Origin: Candidatus Wolfebacteria bacterium RIFCSPLOWO2_01_FULL_45_19
Lineage (GTDB): Bacteria > Patescibacteriota > Minisyncoccia > UBA6257 > GWB1-45-9
DNA: 64,000 nucleotides
Assembly (NCBI GenBank): GCA_001793855.1
Contig: MGIR01000001.1
Coordinates: forward strand, 8,645-72,644
Reading direction: 5' to 3'
Position numbers and translations under genes: made by a program. The first letter of the stretch is position 1. Every line of letters starts with the position of its first letter. Below the pieces are notes generated by a model, which was given only the letters and a program-made list of their open reading frames with translations, did no database searches and was not told the DNA's origin. Shown piece after piece: positions 56,065 through 64,000 of the stretch.

Positions 56065-56213
56065 AGGAGGGTTCGATCAGGCGAGGCCAACCACGAGCGG
56101 TGACTGGCTCCACTGCTTAATGGGCGCCTGGTTGCATTGGGGAGACAACAGGGGGACCAGGAACTTCTGTTGTCGCCAAATTAGTAAGCGCTTGCTCGGC
56201 AAGCGCTTTTTTT
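56065..56213 (+). ncRNA. Candidate independently transcribed structured ncRNA of unknown family
   Basis: TTGACA-N16-TATAAT (56032-56059), GC-rich stems, terminator AAGCGCTTGC-TCG-GCAAGCGCTTTTTTT. Confidence 0.6.
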
Positions 56214-56309
56214 AAGCTATTGCGTTTTTTTTAGATATAGTATAAACTTTTCTTAATTGAGGATAGCGAAACCACCCGGGCGGCTATGCCTCGGGTATTT
56301 TTTTAAATA

Positions 56310-56732
56310 ATGAAAATCAAGGGAATAAAACTAAAAATGTCCCAGATTTGGAAAGATGACAAAGTTATTCCTGTAACGTTTGTTAAGCTTGGTCCGGATG
56401 AATTTGAAACCGCAGGTTTGGAGGATGGAAAATTGGTGGCTGTTGTCGGAATTACGAAAGGACGAGGTTTTCAAGGCGTGGTTAAAAGGCACGGATTCCG
56501 TGGCGGCCCCAAGACTCACGGCCAAAAAAACCGTTTGCGCGCACCCGGTTCAATAAGCAGTACCGCGCTTCAGCGCGTTGTTCCCGGAAAAAAGATGGCA
56601 GGTCGAATGGGCAACGACAGAGTAACGATTAAAAATCTCCGCGTAGTCGGTATAAACAAAGAGGCCGGAATTTTGATGTTAAAAGGCGCGGTGCCGGGGG
56701 CGAATAGGGGAAAGGTTGAAATAAGAATATGA
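56310..56732 (+). CDS. rplC: 50S ribosomal protein L3 (internally shortened, 140 aa)
   Basis: IPVT, KGRGFQGVVKRHGF, GKKMAGRMG, KGAVPG. Confidence 0.93.
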   Translation: MKIKGIKLKMSQIWKDDKVIPVTFVKLGPDEFETAGLEDGKLVAVVGITKGRGFQGVVKRHGFRGGPKTHGQKNRLRAPGSISSTALQRVVPGKKMAGRMGNDRVTIKNLRVVGINKEAGILMLKGAVPGANRGKVEIRI

Positions 56733-57376
56733 TTGCGGAAGTTTATAATAAAGAAAATAAAAAAGTTGGAGAAGTTACCTTGTCCGATTCGGTATTCGGA
56801 AAAAAGTGGAACGAGAGCTTGGTCCACCAAGTCCTTGTTTCTCAGCTTGCCAACAAAAGAGAACCGCTTGCTCATACCAAGGGTAGGGGGGAAGTTCGTG
56901 GCGGCGGAAGAAAGCCATGGCGGCAAAAAGGAACCGGGCGCGCGAGGCATGGTTCAACTCGATCTCCGATTTGGGCCGGCGGAGGCGTAACTTTCGGTCC
57001 GACAAAACACAAGAACTACTCCAAGAAAATAAACAAGAAAATGCGTCGCGGCGCGATTTTCTCGGCGTTGTCCCGTAAATTTAAAGACGGGGAATTGAAA
57101 TTCATTGACGCCTTAGAGCTTGAAGTCCCAAAAACAAAGTTGTTAGCCGGTCTTTTGAAAAATGTTTCCGGCGGGGCAAAAAGCGTTTTAATCGTGCCTT
57201 CAGTCGGAAGCAAGCACATTTATACGGCTTCCGCGAATATTTCAAAAATATTATCGATTGACCCGCGTTCGCTAAACGTTTATGATTTACTGCGTCACGA
57301 ACAAATTTTGATGGACAAAAACGCGGTGGAAGTAATAGAGAAACATTACAGGTTAACTAAAGAACGTAAGGACTAA
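56729..57376 (+). CDS. rplD: 50S ribosomal protein L4
   Basis: KPWRQKGTGRARHGS. Confidence 0.97.
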   Translation: MIAEVYNKENKKVGEVTLSDSVFGKKWNESLVHQVLVSQLANKREPLAHTKGRGEVRGGGRKPWRQKGTGRARHGSTRSPIWAGGGVTFGPTKHKNYSKKINKKMRRGAIFSALSRKFKDGELKFIDALELEVPKTKLLAGLLKNVSGGAKSVLIVPSVGSKHIYTASANISKILSIDPRSLNVYDLLRHEQILMDKNAVEVIEKHYRLTKERKD

Positions 57377-57450
57377 AGAACCAAAGAACGGAAGAACCGA
57401 AAAACTGTTATTAAGTTTATAAGTTCATACGTTCATAAGTTTTTAAGTTA
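57354..57450. repeat. Inverted octamer array overlapping the rplD 3' end
   Basis: AAGAACGT AAGGACTA AAGAACCA AAGAACGG AAGAACCG ... GTTTATAA GTTCATAC GTTCATAA GTTTTTAA. Confidence 0.85.
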
Positions 57451-57456
57451 AATAAA

Positions 57457-57849
57457 ATGACTTGGTTTAGCAAAAAAGATAAAAACGTGACCCCGACGCT
57501 CGTCAAAGGCAGGGTCGGAGTCCCGACCGAAACGTCGGGAAAGAAAGCAGAGCAAAAGACCGCCAAAACGGTTTATAATCCGTCTGCTTTGAAACGGGTT
57601 TGGATTACCGAAAAATCTACCGACCTGGGAAATTTGAGAAAATATGTTTTTCTGACGGACAAAAGCGCGAACGCCGCGGAGATTAAAAAAGCGGTTGAGG
57701 GAATTTACAACGTTACGGTTGAAATGGTGCATATGCTTAACTTTGCGCAGAGAAAACATTTTCGCGGACGGGCGGCAAAACTGAGGCATTATAAAAAGGC
57801 GATAGTGACTCTTGCGGAAGGGCAAGAGCTGGATGTTATACCGAAATAA
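57457..57849 (+). CDS. rplW: 50S ribosomal protein L23 with N-terminal extension
   Basis: ITEKS, EIKKAVE, KKAIVTL. Confidence 0.94.
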   Translation: MTWFSKKDKNVTPTLVKGRVGVPTETSGKKAEQKTAKTVYNPSALKRVWITEKSTDLGNLRKYVFLTDKSANAAEIKKAVEGIYNVTVEMVHMLNFAQRKHFRGRAAKLRHYKKAIVTLAEGQELDVIPK

Positions 57850-58670
57850 TGAAACAATATAAACCGACAACTCCATCGCGAAGAAGCATGACCGTAGTTG
57901 ACTACGGTTCTTTGTCCGCGAATAAACCACATAAACCGCTTCTTAAAAGATTGCCGTCAAATTCCGGTCGTAACAACCACGGCAGAATCACGGTCAGGCA
58001 TCAAGGTGGAGGTAATAAAAAACTGTATCGTGTGGTTGATTTTAGGCAAATGAAGCTGAATGTTCCGGCCAAGGTGGAAACGATTGAATACGACCCGTAT
58101 CGCAGCGCTTTTATCGTCAAAATTATTTATTCAGACGGAGAAAGGAGTTATATTCTCGCGCCTCAAAACTTAAAGATTGGAGACGGGGTGATCGTTTCAG
58201 AAAACGCTTCGCTTAAAACTGGCAACCGACTGATGCTTAAAAATGTGCCCGTGGGTTATTTTGTGCACAACGTTGAGCTTACCAGGGGAAAAGGCGGACA
58301 GATTGCCCGTTCGGCCGGTTCGTATGCCGAGGTTTTGGCGCATGAACACGGTTATACAAATCTAAAACTTTCTTCCGGAGAAATAAGGCGCGTTTTGTGG
58401 GATAATTTTGCGTCGGTAGGACAGGTTTCAAACCCAGATCATAATTTGGTCACAATTGGTAAGGCCGGACGTTCACGTTGGCTTGGAATAAGACCGACAG
58501 TTCGTGGCACCGCCATGAATCCAGTTGACCATCCATACGGCGGAGGAGAAGGAAGACAGCCTCGCGGAACAAGACGGCCCAAGACCATGTGGGGTAAAAT
58601 TACTGGAGGAAGAAGAACGCGCAATAAGAAAAAACGGTCTGGTAAGCTGATTATTCAAAGAAGAAAATAA
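57849..58670 (+). CDS. rplB: 50S ribosomal protein L2
   Basis: IEYDPYRSA, MNPVDHPYGGGEG. Confidence 0.98.
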   Translation: MKQYKPTTPSRRSMTVVDYGSLSANKPHKPLLKRLPSNSGRNNHGRITVRHQGGGNKKLYRVVDFRQMKLNVPAKVETIEYDPYRSAFIVKIIYSDGERSYILAPQNLKIGDGVIVSENASLKTGNRLMLKNVPVGYFVHNVELTRGKGGQIARSAGSYAEVLAHEHGYTNLKLSSGEIRRVLWDNFASVGQVSNPDHNLVTIGKAGRSRWLGIRPTVRGTAMNPVDHPYGGGEGRQPRGTRRPKTMWGKITGGRRTRNKKKRSGKLIIQRRK

Positions 58671-58677
58671 TTATGAG

Positions 58678-58796
58678 TCCCGTTAGAAATCGCGGACGCG
58701 TAACCAGAAATATGATATACATAAAAAGGTCAAAAGTTGTGAGCAATCTAACAGAACGTGAGATGCTTTTTGCGTCCGCGTCCTATTTCTAACGGG
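58678..58796. mobile_element. MITE-like element with terminal inverted repeats and ATGAG direct repeats
   Basis: CCCGTTAGAAAT...ATTTCTAACGGG; ATGAG at 58673-58677 and 58797-58801. Confidence 0.7.
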
Positions 58797-59117
58797 ATGA
58801 GCAGGTCATTAAAGAAAGGTCCCTACGTTGACCCTAAATTGTTAAAAAAAATAGCCGGCAAAAAACCGGAGAGTTCGGCGCCAATTCGCACTTGGTCGCG
58901 CGATTCTGAAATTTCTCCGGAGATGGTGGGATTCATGTTTGAAGTCCACAACGGCAAGGACTTTATTTCGGTTAAAGTGAGTGAAGATATGATAGGCCAT
59001 CGGTTGGGCGAGATGGCGCCTACGCGCAAATTTGTCAGGCACAGTGGAAAAATACAGAGAGAATTGGAGGCGTCTGGAACAACGGCGCAGCCGGCTGCCG
59101 GTAAGGCAAAAACATGA
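58797..59117 (+). CDS. rpsS: 30S ribosomal protein S19
   Basis: [23 protein letters not shown]. Confidence 0.97.
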   Translation: MSRSLKKGPYVDPKLLKKIAGKKPESSAPIRTWSRDSEISPEMVGFMFEVHNGKDFISVKVSEDMIGHRLGEMAPTRKFVRHSGKIQRELEASGTTAQPAAGKAKT

Positions 59118-59629
59118 TAAAACAACAGAGAGTAAAATTAAGATATGCCGATATGGCGCCGCGCAAGATGCGGTTGGTTGCCGACACCATAAGGGGATTA
59201 ACGGTTAATGAAGCAGAAGCTCAGCTTTCCGCCAGTCCGCGACGAGCGGCTAAAAAACTTTTAAAAGTGTTGCAATCCGCGGTTGCTAATGCTAAAAATA
59301 ATCAGCAATTAAAAGCCGAATCACTCATTGTAAGTTCCATACAAGTGGACGGCGGGCCTTCGTTGAAACGATGGCTTCCGCGCGCGAGAGGAACCGCAAC
59401 GCCGATTTTAAAAAGAAGAAGCCACGTTACGCTTGTACTGCGAGAAAGTGAAAAAGCGACGCCGCCAAGATTTAATCCCAAGGTTGTGAAAGTCGTCAAA
59501 GAAAAGAAAGCGGAGGACAAAGAACAGAAGAAAGTTTCTGAATGGGAAAAGGAATTTTCGGAGAAGAGATCGGCAGACGTTTCCAAACCCGGATTCTTCA
59601 GGAGAATATTTAGAAGGAAGTCCGTGTAA
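59114..59629 (+). CDS. rplV: 50S ribosomal protein L22
   Basis: [20 protein letters not shown]. Confidence 0.96.
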   Translation: MIKQQRVKLRYADMAPRKMRLVADTIRGLTVNEAEAQLSASPRRAAKKLLKVLQSAVANAKNNQQLKAESLIVSSIQVDGGPSLKRWLPRARGTATPILKRRSHVTLVLRESEKATPPRFNPKVVKVVKEKKAEDKEQKKVSEWEKEFSEKRSADVSKPGFFRRIFRRKSV

Positions 59630-59686
59630 TTTGACCATTGGAATTTGTTTAGAAATTAGAAATTGGGATTTAGAAATTTTAAAGCT

Positions 59687-60349
59687 ATGGGTAACAAAAT
59701 ACGCCCGGACGCGTTTCGTCTGGGAATAACTAAAAATTGGAGCTCGAGATGGTTCAAAAGAAGAAACTTTCAGTCCTTTTTAGAGGAGGATGTTTTGATT
59801 AGGAAAACAATTCAGGATAAAATTTCATCCGCCGGCATAGCAGGAATAGATATAGAAAAAACAGGTGATTCGTTTCGAATCACAATCAAAGCCGCGAAAC
59901 CCGGCTTTGTTATAGGCCGCGGAGGAAAAGGTATTGAAGAGCTGACGCGCGAAATAGAAAAAAAACTCGCCAAATACAGAATCGGCAAAAAACCGTCGTT
60001 AAGCGTTAACGTGGAAGAGCTTAAGAGAAGCGATGTATCCGCCGCGGTACTTGCCCAAAATATCGCTTGGGATTTGGAAAAACGTCAATCCGCGAGAAGA
60101 ACGATGAAAAAATATCTTGAAGCGATAATGCAAAATCGTGACGTTAAGGGCGCGAAAATACGTCTCTCCGGCAGGATTAACGGCGCGGAAATATCCAGAC
60201 GTGAATGGTTGGCAAAAGGCGCGATGCCGCTTCAGACCCTAAGAGCCGATATTGATTACGGCACAGCGACTGCGTTTACTTCCTCTGGAACCATCGGCTT
60301 GAAGGTGTGGATATATAAAGGCGAATTATTTGAAGACTCTAAACACTAA
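59687..60349 (+). CDS. rpsC: 30S ribosomal protein S3
   Basis: [27 protein letters not shown]; preceded by a TTAGAAA-type half array (59638-59680). Confidence 0.97.
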   Translation: MGNKIRPDAFRLGITKNWSSRWFKRRNFQSFLEEDVLIRKTIQDKISSAGIAGIDIEKTGDSFRITIKAAKPGFVIGRGGKGIEELTREIEKKLAKYRIGKKPSLSVNVEELKRSDVSAAVLAQNIAWDLEKRQSARRTMKKYLEAIMQNRDVKGAKIRLSGRINGAEISRREWLAKGAMPLQTLRADIDYGTATAFTSSGTIGLKVWIYKGELFEDSKH

Positions 60350-60354
60350 ATTTC

Positions 60355-60768
60355 ATGCTTGTTCCAAAAAAAGTAAAACATAGAAAGTGGCAGAAGGGCC
60401 GTTCCAAAAAACGTACGGTTGAAACGCGCGGAACCAAACTTGAATTTGGAAGTTTTGGCCTTCAGTCTCTCGGGGCGAGTTGGGTTAACTCAAGGCAAAT
60501 TGAAGCTGGCCGAAAAGCGATAACGCACCATATGAAAAGAGAAGGAAAATTATGGATAAGAATTTTTCCGGACAAGCCGATTACAAAAAAACCACCGGAA
60601 GTGACAATGGGCGGTGGCAAGGGTGCTGTGGAAGAATATGTTTTTCCGGTAAAGCCCGGAAGAATAATTTTTGAATTGGATGGCGTTACGAAAGATATCG
60701 CGGAGGAAGCGCTACGGCTAGCCGGGCATAAATTGCCGGTAAAAACAAAAATAGTTTCAAAAATATGA
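60355..60768 (+). CDS. rplP: 50S ribosomal protein L16
   Basis: RIFPDKP, MGGGKG. Confidence 0.97.
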   Translation: MLVPKKVKHRKWQKGRSKKRTVETRGTKLEFGSFGLQSLGASWVNSRQIEAGRKAITHHMKREGKLWIRIFPDKPITKKPPEVTMGGGKGAVEEYVFPVKPGRIIFELDGVTKDIAEEALRLAGHKLPVKTKIVSKI

Positions 60769-60965
60769 AGCGTAAAGAATACGAAGAATTAAAAGCAAAA
60801 CCTGTCGTGGAATTACAAAAAGAGCTACGGGTGGCAAGGGAGCGTTTGAGGGCGCTTAAATTTGATTTGGCCGCCGGGAAAACCAAAAATGTTCGGGAAC
60901 TGCGTTCTTTGAAAAAAGATATAGCCAGGATTTTAACGATATTGCGAGAAACTAAGAAATTATGA
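60765..60965 (+). CDS. rpmC: 50S ribosomal protein L29
   Basis: KKDIARILT; position. Confidence 0.95.
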   Translation: MKRKEYEELKAKPVVELQKELRVARERLRALKFDLAAGKTKNVRELRSLKKDIARILTILRETKKL

Positions 60966-61213
60966 AACTGAAAGAACAAGTAAAAAAAAGAAAATTGGAA
61001 GGCATTGTCGTTTCGGACAAGATGCAGAAAACAAGAGTGGTTGAAATAACGCGGTTTAAGAAAAATCCCAAATACTTGAAGTATTACAAAGTAAGCCGCA
61101 AATTTAAGGCGCATGACGAGAATAACGAATACAAGACGGGGGATAAGGTTGTTATTGAAGAAACAAGGCCGCTGAGCAGGGAAAAGAGGTGGAGAATCGT
61201 GCAAAAGATTTAA
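60962..61213 (+). CDS. rpsQ: 30S ribosomal protein S17
   Basis: [21 protein letters not shown]. Confidence 0.97.
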   Translation: MKLKEQVKKRKLEGIVVSDKMQKTRVVEITRFKKNPKYLKYYKVSRKFKAHDENNEYKTGDKVVIEETRPLSREKRWRIVQKI

Positions 61214-61270
61214 GATATAAGATTTAAGAAGTAAGAGTCTTAAATCATAAACCTTAAATCCTAAATCTAA
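61206..61270. repeat. Inverted heptamer array containing the rpsQ stop
   Basis: GATTTAA GATATAA GATTTAA GAAGTAA ... CTTAAAT CATAAAC CTTAAAT CCTAAAT. Confidence 0.85.
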
Positions 61271-61274
61271 ACAA

Positions 61275-61643
61275 ATGATACAAGAACGCGCAATATTAAA
61301 AGTAGCCGACAATTCCGGAGCGAAAACAATTCGCTGTTTTCGCGTTTTGGGAGGAACAAGACGGCGTTACGCGCGAATAGGCGACGTATTTGTCGCTTCT
61401 GTTCAAGTCGCGGAACCTCGCAAGGCGTTAAAGAAAAAAGACATTGTTAGGGCAGTTGTGGTAAGACAAAAGGCTCCTATGCGAAGAGCCGACGGCTCTT
61501 ACGTCAGATTTGACGAAAACGCTGCGGTAATAATAGACGAAAAACGCCAGCCAAAAGCATCGCGCGTTTTCGGACCAATGCCGCGTGAATTAAAAGAAAA
61601 AGGTTTTGAATCCATAATAACAATGGCGGAAGAAATTGTATGA
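61275..61643 (+). CDS. rplN: 50S ribosomal protein L14
   Basis: VADNSGAK, FDENAAV. Confidence 0.98.
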   Translation: MIQERAILKVADNSGAKTIRCFRVLGGTRRRYARIGDVFVASVQVAEPRKALKKKDIVRAVVVRQKAPMRRADGSYVRFDENAAVIIDEKRQPKASRVFGPMPRELKEKGFESIITMAEEIV

Positions 61644-61945
61644 ATATCAAAAAGAACGACGCGGTAAAAATTATAGCCGGGAAAGATAAAGGCAAGACGG
61701 GCAAGGTCATACTCGTGGATTATAAAAAAGGCAAACTTACGATAGATGGCCTGAATTTGTATAAAAAGCATGTCAGGCCTAAGCGCAAAGGCGAAAAAGG
61801 GCAGATTATTTCAACGCCAAGATCCATTGACGCTTCAAACGCCATGCTTGCGTGCGGTTCATGCGATAAGGCGGTTCGTGTCGGCTATCGCGTCGAAAAC
61901 GGTCAAAAACAAAGAATATGCAAAAAATGCAAAGCGATAATTTAA
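61640..61945 (+). CDS. rplX: 50S ribosomal protein L24
   Basis: IAGKDKGKTGKV (KOW motif). Confidence 0.97.
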   Translation: MNIKKNDAVKIIAGKDKGKTGKVILVDYKKGKLTIDGLNLYKKHVRPKRKGEKGQIISTPRSIDASNAMLACGSCDKAVRVGYRVENGQKQRICKKCKAII

Positions 61946-62409
61946 AGTTGGAAAAAATAGTTGTTAACGTCGGGGTAGGGCGATTGAGTCAGGCGCCTAA
62001 TTTTTCGGATAAAATTCTTCCGGAAATTGATAAAGAACTTGCTTTAATCACGGGCCAGAAGCCGTCTCCGCGCGGCGCGAAACAATCTATAGCCGGTTTT
62101 AAAATTCGCGCCGGAAATGTTGTTGGACTGAAAGTTACTTTGCGTGGTAAAAGAATGCGCGATTTCTTGAGCCGTTTGGTGAATATAGCTCTACCGCGAG
62201 TAAGAGATTTCAGGGGCGTTGACTTGAAAAATGTGGACAAATCCGGTAATCTTAGCATCGGCTTTCGTGAACACTCCGTTTTTCCGGAAATAAATCTTGA
62301 AACCAGCCGGGTCAATTTCGGATTGGAGGTAACATTGGTGCCGAAGATTCGTATTAGAGAGAAGGCGATTGAAGCATATCGGCAATTGGGAGTGCCGTTC
62401 AAAAAATAA
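61918..62409 (+). CDS. rplE: 50S ribosomal protein L5 (N-terminally short)
   Basis: KIVVNVGVG, ITGQKP, LPRVRDFRG. Confidence 0.96.
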   Translation: MQKMQSDNLKLEKIVVNVGVGRLSQAPNFSDKILPEIDKELALITGQKPSPRGAKQSIAGFKIRAGNVVGLKVTLRGKRMRDFLSRLVNIALPRVRDFRGVDLKNVDKSGNLSIGFREHSVFPEINLETSRVNFGLEVTLVPKIRIREKAIEAYRQLGVPFKK

Positions 62410-62486
62410 ACTAAAGAATTAAAGAACCAAAGAACGGAAGAGTAAAGAACGGTTTATGAGTTCTTAAGTTCATAAGTTCTCAAGTT
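62407..62486. repeat. Inverted octamer array between rplE and rpsN
   Basis: AAGAATTA AAGAACCA AAGAACGG AAGAGTA AAGAAC ... GTTCTTAA GTTCATAA GTTCTCAA. Confidence 0.85.
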
Positions 62487-62502
62487 AAACAAATTAAACA
62501 AA

Positions 62503-62688
62503 ATGGCTAAAACATCGGTAATCGCAAGAGCGAAAAAAAAGCCCAAATATTCAACTCGCATAGTACGGCGATGTTTTCGCTGTGGACGTAAGCGCGGTTA
62601 TATGAGGGATTTCGGGCTTTGTCGCATTTGTTTTCGTGAAATGGCAAGCAGGGGCGAAATACCGGGAGTAAAAAAAGCATCATGGTAA
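62503..62688 (+). CDS. rpsN: 30S ribosomal protein S14 (Zn-binding, 61 aa)
   Basis: [21 protein letters not shown]. Confidence 0.97.
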   Translation: MAKTSVIARAKKKPKYSTRIVRRCFRCGRKRGYMRDFGLCRICFREMASRGEIPGVKKASW

Positions 62689-63062
62689 CAGATTTATTAA
62701 CGAGAATTAAAAACGCTCAGGCGGTAAAGCATGAACGGGTAAAGCTTCCATACAGCAAAATGAATGAGACAGTCGCTCATTTGCTCTTGAAGCACAAATA
62801 TGTTGCCGGAGTGGTAAAAAAAGGAAGAATGCCAAAACGTATGTTGGAGGTGGAGTTGAAGTATGAAAACGGCTCTGGCGTCATCAGGGGCATAAAATTT
62901 GTAAGCAAACCATCGCGTAGAATTTACGCCGGTTACCGTGATTTAAAATCCGTCAAACAAGGTTACGGCATGCTTATGATTTCTACACCGGAAGGTTTGA
63001 TGAGCGGCTCGGAAGCAAGAAAGAAGAAATTGGGCGGAGAATTATTGTTTGAGATATGGTAA
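62682..63062 (+). CDS. rpsH: 30S ribosomal protein S8
   Basis: [20 protein letters not shown]. Confidence 0.97.
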   Translation: MVTDLLTRIKNAQAVKHERVKLPYSKMNETVAHLLLKHKYVAGVVKKGRMPKRMLEVELKYENGSGVIRGIKFVSKPSRRIYAGYRDLKSVKQGYGMLMISTPEGLMSGSEARKKKLGGELLFEIW

Positions 63063-63068
63063 ATAATT

Positions 63069-63135
63069 AAAAACCAAAGAACTAAGGAACGCAAGAATGG
63101 TTTTAAGTTCATTCGTTCATAAGTTTTTAAGTCAT
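63069..63135. repeat. Inverted octamer array between rpsH and rplF
   Basis: AAAAACCA AAGAACTA AGGAACGC AAGAA ... GTTTTAA GTTCATTC GTTCATAA GTTTTTAA. Confidence 0.85.
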
Positions 63136-63141
63136 CTAAAC

Positions 63142-63687
63142 ATGTCAAAACTAGCCAAAAAATTAATACCAATTCCGCAAGGAGTAACAATGGAAAAGAA
63201 CGTGGACGCGTTACAGATAAAAGGTCCCAAAGGCGCTCTGTCTTTAAGTTTACTGCCGTACATAGAGGTTTCGATTGAAGAAAACGGAATTCGCGTTTCT
63301 TTTACTACCGACGAGAAGCAGGCGCGGGCTAATTGCGGAACAATGTGGGCCTTGATCAGAAACGCCTTTGAAGGAGTCAGCAAAGGTTTTGAAAAGAAAT
63401 TGGAAATAGAAGGGGTCGGTTATCGTGTTTCAATGGAGGGTAAGGCGTTGGTGCTTAACATAGGTTATTCTCATCCGGTAAGATTTGAGTCGCCGGAAGG
63501 CGTTGAGATTAAAACGGAAAAGAATGTCATGCGCGTATCCGGAATAGACAAAGGACTGGTTGGTCGCGTTGCCGCGCAGATTCGCGCGATGAAGAAACCC
63601 GAACCATATAAGGGAAAAGGAATAAGATATCAAGGGGAAATAATAAGAAGAAAAGCCGGCAAGAGAGTGGCGGGAACCACAACGTAG
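63142..63687 (+). CDS. rplF: 50S ribosomal protein L6
   Basis: KGPKG, GVGYR, PEPYKGKGI; start MSKLAK. Confidence 0.97.
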   Translation: MSKLAKKLIPIPQGVTMEKNVDALQIKGPKGALSLSLLPYIEVSIEENGIRVSFTTDEKQARANCGTMWALIRNAFEGVSKGFEKKLEIEGVGYRVSMEGKALVLNIGYSHPVRFESPEGVEIKTEKNVMRVSGIDKGLVGRVAAQIRAMKKPEPYKGKGIRYQGEIIRRKAGKRVAGTTT

Positions 63688-63719
63688 AAAATAGAATCTA
63701 GAATCTGGAATTTAGAATC
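63685..63719. repeat. Heptamer half array (TAGAATC type) from the rplF stop to the rplR start
   Basis: TAGAAAA TAGAATC TAGAATC TGGAATT TAGAATC then ATG. Confidence 0.85.
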
Positions 63720-64000
63720 ATGAACAGACAAAAAAAATTGAATAAAATACGAGTTCGGAGGAAGATAAGGGCAAGATCAAGATTGTTTGGCACCCAAGAG
63801 CGTCCGCGGCTCTCGGTTTTTAGAAGTAATCGCAATATGTTTCTTCAGCTCATAGACGATAAAAAAGGCATGACGCTTGCTTCGGTTTCAACTCGCGAAT
63901 TGAAAGAGGCGGCAAGAAAAAAATCAAAAGTCAGTCAAGCCGAACTGATAGCGGCCGCGTTGTTTCAAAAAGCGAAAAAACTGGGAATAACGAAAGCAAT
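63720..64000 (+). CDS. rplR: 50S ribosomal protein L18 (partial)
   Basis: Manual translation ...GTQERPRLSVFRSNRNMFLQLIDD. Confidence 0.95.
   Translation, partial: MNRQKKLNKIRVRRKIRARSRLFGTQERPRLSVFRSNRNMFLQLIDDKKGMTLASVSTRELKEAARKKSKVSQAELIAAALFQKAKKLGITKA

Noticed and set aside
56058-56120. 20-codon ORF in the candidate ncRNA
   Set aside because: Its ATG overlaps the -10 box and would lie upstream of the expected transcription start
46866-63135. Octamer and heptamer arrays as CRISPR arrays
   Set aside because: Units are 7-8 nt with no unique spacers, and there are no cas genes in the window

Overview
Core-genome region of a Patescibacteria (CPR, Parcubacteria-like) bacterium using genetic code 11. 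The lineage call rests on reduced RpoA/RF1/IF2/uL3/uL13, a type IV pilus locus and an insertion-rich 16S gene. Left to right: galT (partial), mreBCD-mrdA, proS, a REP-associated tyrosine transposase, murA-mreB2-holB-frr-rseP, the alpha/S9-L13 operon, tRNAs with rpmG, a type IV pilus/adhesin cluster, an unlinked 16S rRNA gene (group I intron with LAGLIDADG endonuclease, three hairpin insertions, no anti-SD), prfA-infB-rbfA, tsaD, rplJL, a dcw fragment, and the str/S10/spc operons. The most unusual signal is a pervasive family of degenerate 7-mer and 8-mer arrays arranged as inverted arms (long RNA hairpins). About 25 copies or half-copies sit at gene junctions (often supplying stop codons), in 16S variable loops and in frame inside essential proteins (four in TsaD). 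One pair of arms brackets an internally deleted four-helix-bundle (IVS/Avd-like) gene, which suggests a mobile or RNA-processing element. Also present: GC-rich palindromes translated inside housekeeping proteins, a MITE-like insertion duplicating the rpsS start, a candidate new ncRNA between rpsJ and rplC, and several apparently leaderless genes. All calls were made by eye, without database searches.
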